Part shown: in pieces, positions 1-5,235 of the stretch
How the letters are laid out: every line of letters begins with the position of its first letter
Numbering within the stretch: the stretch's first letter is position 1
Origin: Fonticula alba ATCC 38817
Lineage: Eukaryota; Protista; Nucleariida
NCBI GenBank assembly: GCA_000388065.2
Contig: KB932208.1
Strand: one strand, 5' to 3'
Length of the DNA: 5,235 bases
The notes under the pieces: generated by a model
Databases searched by the model: none
What the model was told of the DNA's origin: nothing
Seen by the model: the letters and a program-made list of their open reading frames with translations, nothing else
Program-made: the position numbers and the translations under genes

Positions 1-485
1 CCCCCGTTCTCCCGTGGCTTGGGAGAGGGCGGTGGATCCGCCGGTGGCTCCCCCCCTCCCCCTCCCCTGCGGCTTCGGTCCCTCCAGGGCGGCTGAGGAG
101 GGCGTATCCTCCTTCTTCACCCCCTCTCCTCTTTGCTGCCCTCCCCCCCCCCCCTGCGCTTCTTCCTTGTCAGCCGAACCACGGATTGCCTCAGCCTCGT
201 GGGCTCCTCCCCTCTCCGACACCCTTTCGTTCTCTCTCCCTCTCCCACTCCCCCTCTCACACTGTGGTCATCATCACCGTCACTCTGCCTTCACTGACAC
301 CCCCCCCTCTTGCCTCCCCCCCCAAGGCAAGTAGACTCCCTGTCGTCGTACATTGCGATTCGCCCCACACGGCGTTCGTCTCCCCCATCACCCCTTCCCC
401 TTCGTTTTCTATCTCTGCTGAGGCCTGTGCTTAGCCCGGCTCAGTTGCACGTGCCCCCACCCCCCCGGAGGCCGTCTTTCCAACC

Positions 486-735
486 AGTACGCCCCTTCCT
501 CTCGGCCCCCCCCCTCCCCCCGGCCTTCCCTTCATCCTTGTCGGCTTCCCATCTCCACCTCCGCCCTTGCCTTTCCACCTTTCACCCCCCTTCCGCCATG
601 CTTGTGACTAACGCCCCACCGCAGTGAGGGTCCTCCACCTGCTCCGCCCCGTTTATTCTTACCTCCCCGAGGTCAAGGAGCCCAACAAGCGTGCTGTGCG
701 TTTGTCCATGTCCACATTCCCCCCCCCACCCCCTC

Positions 736-769
<34 letters not shown>

Positions 770-1802
770 CCTCTCGGCCTTGGCCCTTCTTCCAGCGCCC
801 CTCCCCTCCCCATGCTGACTTCCGTGTCTCTTCCCTTTGCCCGGCTCCTGCCTCGCCCCTTCCCTTCTCACCCGGGGATGCAGATCTCCTTCAAGGAGAA
901 GCTCATGTGGACCGGTGTCTGCCTGCTGATCTATCTCGTTTGCAGCCAGGTCCCCCTGTTCGGCATCCTGTCCAATGAGAAGGCCGATCCCTTCTACTGG
1001 GCCCGCATGATCCTGGCGTCCAACCGTGGCACGCTCATGGAGCTCGGTATCACCCCGCTTGTCACTTCCGGCATGATTCTCCAGGTCCTCGTTGGTGCCA
1101 ACATCATCGAGGTCGACCAGTCGGTCGAGGAGGACCGCGAGCTCTATGCCGCGGCGCAGAAGTTCATTGGTCTCGTCTGGTCCCTGGGCCAGGCCATCGT
1201 TTCGGTCTACACTGGCATGTACGGCAACCCGGCGGATCTGGGCCTGCCCATTTGCGCGCTCCTGGTGCTGCAGCTCTTCCTGGCTGGTCTGCTGGTCATG
1301 CTGATCGACGAGCTCCTGTCCAAGGGCTACGGTCTCGGCTCCGGCATCACCCTGTTCATCTCCACCAACATTTGCGAGAACATCCTGTGGAAGGCCTTCT
1401 CCCCGACCACCATCAACCTGGGCCGTGGTACCGAGTTCGAGGGCGCCATCATTTCCCTGATCTACCTGCTGGCCACTCGCACCGACAAGACCCGCGCCCT
1501 GCGTGAGGCCTTCTACCGCGACAACCTGCCGAATGTGACCAACCTGCTGGCCACCGTCCTCATCTTCCTGATTGTCATCTACTTCCAGGGCTTCCGTGTG
1601 GACGTCCGCATCCAGTCGACTCGCGGCTACAGCCCCCCGATGACCTACCCGATCAAGCTCTTCTACACCTCCAACATGCCCATCATCTTCCACTCGGCCC
1701 TGGTGACCAATGTCTATCTCTTCTCGCAGATCCTGTACAACCAGTTCCCGGAGAACTTCCTGGTCCGCATGTTCGGCGTGTGGCGCGTACGTTCCCCCCC
1801 CC

Positions 1803-1839
<37 letters not shown>

Positions 1840-2564
1840 CCTTCATGCAGGCACCTCGTCAACTCGCCAGCCGAGGGAGACAGACGGAGCACGAGGCCGT
1901 GGCAGGGCGCGAGACGCCCTTCCATGCTCCCACTTTTGCTCCCCGTCCTGCTTCCTTTTCCCTTTTTCTCACCTCTTCCACCTTCTCCCCCTCTCCTCCC
2001 CCATTTTTCCACCCCGCTGCGCTGGCCATGGGCATACACACACACACACACGCACACGTCCGCACGCATGCGCGCTCTCTTTCTCCTTCCCCTCCCGGCC
2101 CTCGACCTCTACAGAACCACCCCGGCTCGAGCCAGCTCTTCGCCGTCGGCGGTCTTGCCTACTACATGTCCCCGCCGCGCACCCTGGCCGACATCGCCTC
2201 GGATCCCGTCCACACGATCATCTACATTGCCTTCGTGCTCGGGACTTGCGCCCTGTTCAGCTCCATCTGGGTGTCCTTCTCCGGCCAGTCTGCTCGTGAC
2301 GTGGCCGCCCAGTTCCGTGCCCAGTCCATCACCATCAAGGGCCATTCCAACAATGTGGAGGGCTTCCTGAACCGCTTCATCCCGATTGCCGCGGCCTTCG
2401 GTGGTCTCTGCATTGGTGCTCTGTCCATCTTCGCCGACTTCACCGGCGCCATCGGCTCTGGCACTGGTATCCTGCTGGCCGTCAGCAGCATCTTCCAGTA
2501 CTACGAGCTGTTCGTCAAGGAGCAGCGCGAGAAGGGTGTCAGCCTCCAGTCCCTGATGGAGTGA
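486..2564 (+). CDS. SEC61A: Protein transport protein Sec61 subunit alpha, 4 coding exons: join(486,625..695,884..1786,2115..2564), 474 aa ([33 protein letters not shown]...[14 protein letters not shown])
   Basis: Hallmark eukaryotic Sec61 alpha motifs lie in three reading frames: [12 protein letters not shown] (625-695); [74 protein letters not shown] and [10 protein letters not shown] (884-1786); VGGLAYY and [35 protein letters not shown] (2115-2564). GT..AG introns join these in frame, and 474 aa matches the roughly 475 aa typical of the family. Third codon positions are strongly C/G-biased. The one-base first exon is less certain than the rest. Confidence 0.97.
487..624 (+). other. Spliceosomal intron 1 of Sec61 alpha (138 nt, phase 1, splits the ATG)
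   Basis: Donor ccaaccA|GTACGC at 487, C-rich body, branch-point-like TGACTAAC at 605-612 and acceptor CCGCAG|TG at 624. The acceptor is well supported; the donor choice is inferred from its match to the GTRCGY pattern and from the fact that it creates ATG. Confidence 0.8.
696..883 (+). other. Spliceosomal intron 2 of Sec61 alpha (188 nt, phase 0)
   Basis: Donor GTGCGT at 696, (CT)14 body, candidate branch CTGAC (815-819) or CTCAC (867-871), acceptor ATGCAG at 883. Removal gives PNKRA|ISFKEK, matching the family's spacing before the first TM helix. Confidence 0.92.
739..766 (+). repeat. (CT)14 microsatellite preceded by C-runs (719-739), in intron 2
   Basis: Read directly from the sequence. 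Confidence 0.95.
1794..1839 (+). repeat. C10 plus compound (CT)n/(GTCTCT)3 microsatellite in intron 3
   Basis: Read directly from the sequence. Confidence 0.9.
2032..2075 (+). repeat. (AC)8 microsatellite extending into a CGCA/GCATGC purine-pyrimidine alternating tract, in intron 3
   Basis: (AC)8 at 2036-2051; RY alternation runs 2032-2059 and 2061-2075. Confidence 0.9.
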
Positions 2565-2685
2565 GGGGCTTTTGCCACACGTGAAGCTGGGCCTCGAGCA
2601 GAGACCCCGCCGCAAGGGGGGCGGGGGAGGGCGGGATCTTGGGAGGGAATATTCCTCCCCCCTTTCCTTCCCTCTTGCCTCGTTC

Positions 2686-2701
2686 CTCTCTCTCTCTCTC
2701 T
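2686..2701 (+). repeat. (CT)8 microsatellite downstream of the Sec61 alpha stop
   Basis: Read directly from the sequence. Confidence 0.9.
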
Positions 2702-3382
2702 TTGCCTCCTGCTCATAGTGTGCATCCTTTGTCCTTCCTTTGGCCCCGCGCCGGCATGCGCGGGGAGCGGGGAAGCGGGTCCCCCCCCCCCTCCCACCCG
2801 CCCTCTCTCGCCCCCCATCCTGTGCGATGTGTGTCTGTGTCCTGTCTGTGCATGCGTCGTTCCTTGTACTGGCCCGCGCATCCCCCCTCTCCTTCCTCCT
2901 CCCCCTCTCTCTCTGTTCCCCCTCTCCCTCGGTGCATGTCATCCTTTGTGCATCTTCCAGAGAGGCGGGGACTGGCCAAGAGCGGCGCTGCCGGAAAGAT
3001 CCCCCCCACCCCCGGCGGGAGGCCTGTGCTTATTTTCCTGCACATGCCGCCCCCTCTCCCCCTTCCCCCCCCCTGTCCCTCTTTCCTTCCCTTGTGCATC
3101 CCCTCAGATCTTTCTCGCGCACGCACATACGCACACCCACACCCCCACGCGCATGCATGGGAACACAGGTTCCCTCCCACGCGTAGCGCTCTCGCGGTGC
3201 CTCCACTGCCTACCCTCGTCTCCTTCCCCCCCCCCCTCCTTTCCCCCCTATATACACCTTTTTATACACACATATACATACGAGATCTTCGATGTGCTTT
3301 TGGTGGTTGGTGCATTTTTGTTTTTGGCGCACCCAGGGCGAGGGAAAGGGCACGATGTGTGCTCGTGCATCATTCCTCGTCC

Positions 3383-5168
3383 TTAGAGCTCCACCTCCAG
3401 CTCCGAATCGCTGTCGTCACAGGCCGCCCGGGAGATCCATCCATCCCGTGGCCCTCGGTAAGTTGTCCTCCTCTGGGTGGGCTTCTCGCGAGCAGGGTGG
3501 AGGCTTTCACATGCTCGACGCTTGTGGGAGCGTTCCCCGGGTTCCGGAGGGGGAGATGATGCTTGGCTGCACACACTGCCCCGTGTTGGCCTGGCGCTCA
3601 GGTGGATGAGGAGTTTCTCCCTCGAAGGGAGGCCTGGCCGAGAATGTGGGCCACCCCCGGGGGCTGGACACTCCTGTCCAAAGAGCAGTCTGGCAGGCCA
3701 CACATCCATGCGTTGGGCGATCGTCGCGCGGGTGAAACCACCGAGCTCCGGACACACCGGGGCAAAAACCTGCTCACAGGCTGCCAAAGACATGTTTGAT
3801 GCTGGTCAGCAATCCAGCGAAATGCGCATATGCATGCATGCATGCGTGCGTGCGTGTGTGTGTGTGTGTGTGTGTGGAAGAGAGAGGGACTCCCTCCTGG
3901 GGCGCGGAGGTGGGAGACCGCAGCCGAAAACACCTGCCAGAAAGCGCACCTTTTAGAAGTACCCACAGTCGATTCCGGGCAACACCAATAGCCTGGGCCA
4001 GGGCATGGCCACGCGCGACTGCTTCCCTCGAGGCGGAGGCCATCAGGAACTGAGCCGCTGCGGCCGGTATGCGCGCGGCCTGCTGGAAGAGACACCACAC
4101 ATCTGCGAGGGTGGCTGGTCGGCGTCCGGTGGTGAGCTCATTTAGATAACCCCCCGCACGGTGAGCCACTCGGGCTAGCAACCCCCCCGCGGTGGTGCAC
4201 TCCGAGGGCAGTTGGCCTGTCTCATACAAGAGCCCAGCCCGCACAAGGAGGGCATCCACCCCTGGCAGGTGCTGCTCCAGAGCCGGGTCTAGCCCGACAC
4301 GTGTGCCGCAGGCTATCGGGCCCCAGGACTCCCGGGAAAAGAGCACCATCTGACAGTCCAGGAGCAACACCGCTCGAGCCAGGGCTCGGAGGACATCGGG
4401 CAGCAGGCCGGCGGTGGAAGCGCTGCCCGAGCTGCTGGGGGGCCCGCGGTCGGAGGCGGCGCGTGCGCAAAAGGACAGAGCGGCCGGCCGGCCGACCGGC
4501 TGCTCAGATGATGGCATAAAGGGGAATCTGCGCGGCCGCAAGTCTCCGGGACACTGGGCACCCAAGCAAACAAAAGGCTCGGCTGGTGTGATGCCGCCCG
4601 ATGCGCCCTCGGCCAGATGTCGGTACTGCCGGGCAAAGCGCGTCTCAAAAGCCCCGGCAGCCGAGGCATGGCGCTCAGCGCGCAACGCATTCGCCACAAT
4701 GAGATCGCAGTGGAAGGCCACCAGACGCACTGCCACCAGGTCCAGTGCTCCACACCCAACGGACAGACCGGGCCGCGGAATGAGCTGCATGCAGGCCTGG
4801 CTCGAGAGCTCGGCTTCGCCCTCCGGCAGGAAATCCAAAAAGCAGGAGATCCCCGGCCGAGCGCCGGGACTGGGGGTCTTATGGCAGGCATGCGGCAAGC
4901 GAGCCAGCGAGGCACAGATGCCCATCAGGCCGGCGGGTTCGAGGGAGAGGTCCGGGACGAGGGAATTCGAGCCAGAGGGCCCGAATCCCAGAGCCCCAGG
5001 CCGACGTCGAACGGAGAATGTGGCTCGCTCGTTTGATTTCGACGAGGTGGGGGGCTCGAAGAAGAGGCAGCCATCGTCCAGCAGAAGTGCACGTGCCAAA
5101 AGCCCCATGGCCGATGTGGCTGGAGGGACCCGGGCCGGCTCACTTGACAGAAGCTCGGCAAAGGAGAA
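3383..5168 (-). CDS. Hypothetical protein, probably 5'-partial: complement(join(3383..3780,3950..5168)), 538 aa in these two exons (518 aa if it starts at ATG 5108)
   Basis: A 1.2 kb open frame of normal-complexity, Ala/Leu-rich sequence stops looking coding at a GTGCGC donor (3949). It is followed by a microsatellite intron with branch GCTGAC (3810-3805) and acceptor TTGGCAG (3781). Donor and acceptor are both phase 1 and join LLK-A-CEQVFAP into ORF 3383..3793, ending in TAA (3385-3383). Upstream of ATG 5108 the frame stays open back to a CAG acceptor at 5169. No family is recognised with confidence. Confidence 0.75.
3781..3949 (-). other. Spliceosomal intron of the hypothetical gene (169 nt, phase 1)
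   Basis: AAAAG|GTGCGC ... (CA)11 ... GCTGAC ... TTTGGCAG|CC. The alternative donor CAG|GTGTTT at 3933 is phase 2 and incompatible with this acceptor. Confidence 0.8.
3822..3876. repeat. 55-nt perfect purine-pyrimidine alternating tract: (ATGC)n-(GTGC)n-(TG)11
   Basis: Read base by base: unbroken RY alternation 3822-3876, with (TG)11 at 3855-3876. Confidence 0.95.
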
Positions 5169-5220
5169 CTGATCGCGCGGTCAATTAGCATCATCGTGGT
5201 ATGTATACATGTATGCGTAC
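5169..5220 (-). other. Probable short spliceosomal intron (52 nt, phase 0) of the hypothetical gene
   Basis: Minus strand TTTA|GTACGC ... TGCTAAT ... GATCAG|TTC TCC. It removes an in-frame TGA (5183-5181) and continues the frame to the window edge (LPPPL|FSFAELL). It is ambiguous because CCCCCTTTAG at the same place also resembles an acceptor. Confidence 0.6.
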
Positions 5221-5235
5221 TAAAGGGGGAGGGAG

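Larger units (their letters stand above)
1787..2114 (+). other. Spliceosomal intron 3 of Sec61 alpha (328 nt, phase 0)
   Basis: Donor GTACGT at 1787 after FGVWR, acceptor CTCTACAG at 2114. Removal gives VWR|[17 protein letters not shown], a normal-length TM7-TM8 luminal loop. No canonical branch point is seen near the acceptor. Confidence 0.88.

Noticed and set aside
340-390. Minus-strand ATG mini-exon (MGETNAVWGESQ) ending at a GTACGA donor-like site at 351
   Set aside because: The implied intron would be G-rich on its sense strand, the opposite of every supported intron here, and there is no recognisable downstream exon.
624-626. GTG start used by the ORF track for MRVLHLL
   Set aside because: The G is the last base of a CAG acceptor preceded by a TGACTAAC branch site, so a spliced ATG explains the N-terminus better than a non-AUG start.
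598-883. Fixed branch-point-to-acceptor spacing (13 nt in introns 1 and 2), as seen in Giardia/Trichomonas-type introns
   Set aside because: The other introns give 25 nt (3806 to 3781), 12 or 16 nt (5181 or 5185 to 5169) and no clear site (intron 3), so the spacing is not fixed.
659-1846. 395-aa minus-strand ORF
   Set aside because: It is the antisense shadow of Sec61 exon 3, kept open by strong C/G third-position bias, and both ends are translated microsatellites (ERERERDRD).
1851-1925. Intronic snoRNA or cassette exon in intron 3
   Set aside because: No C/D or H/ACA boxes, no convincing stem, and no GTRCGY donor after it.
812-2299. 495-aa unspliced ORF as the Sec61 product
   Set aside because: It lacks the conserved N-terminus and the last three TM helices and runs through microsatellite DNA; homology switches frame at the inferred introns.
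2561-2718. Alternative donor GTGAGG overlapping the stop, joined to CATAG at 2718
   Set aside because: The C-terminus is already family-typical in length and sequence, the donor does not fit the local GTRCGY pattern, and the extension would be low-complexity.
2639-3559. Overlapping ORFs of 105-306 aa in the intergenic region, and similar ORFs at 14-627
   Set aside because: They are Pro/Ser/Leu low-complexity translations of C-rich DNA that is depleted of stop codons, with no coding signal.
4725-4730. Internal GTGCGT donor-like hexamer on the minus strand
   Set aside because: The frame is open across it and the downstream sequence has none of the C-rich or microsatellite character of the real introns.
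4414-5172. 252-aa plus-strand ORF and other overlapping ORFs at 4222-5194
   Set aside because: These are antisense or alternative-frame shadows of the minus-strand gene in GC-rich sequence, lacking splice support.
1-5235. Bacterial secY/spc operon, CRISPR array, transposon, tRNA or rRNA
   Set aside because: The protein is Sec61 alpha-type with spliceosomal introns and no ribosomal protein neighbours. I found no repeat-spacer array, terminal repeats, transposase or RT motifs, or RNA gene signatures.

Overview
This is GC-rich eukaryotic genomic DNA holding two convergent, intron-containing genes, with no mobile element, CRISPR array or RNA gene recognisable. (1) Plus strand: a complete Sec61 alpha (ER translocon core) gene, reconstructed as join(486,625..695,884..1786,2115..2564) = 1425 nt = 474 aa. 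Its ATG appears to be split by the first intron (A|TG), so the start codon would exist only after splicing. In the unspliced RNA the first ATG (598) opens a 9-codon ORF whose TGA stop reuses the same TG. (2) Minus strand: a probably 5'-truncated protein-coding gene of unknown function (exons 5168..3950 and 3780..3383, at least 538 aa). All five inferred introns start with GTRCGY rather than GTRAGT. Non-coding DNA is C-rich on each gene's sense strand and full of (CT)n, (CA)n and RY-alternating tracts. I see no convincing new multi-gene system; the best leads are the splice-assembled start codon, the splice-site signature, the altered ribosome-binding loops of this Sec61 alpha and the unidentified neighbouring gene. 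All splice models and protein comparisons were made by eye or from memory, without RNA data or database searches.
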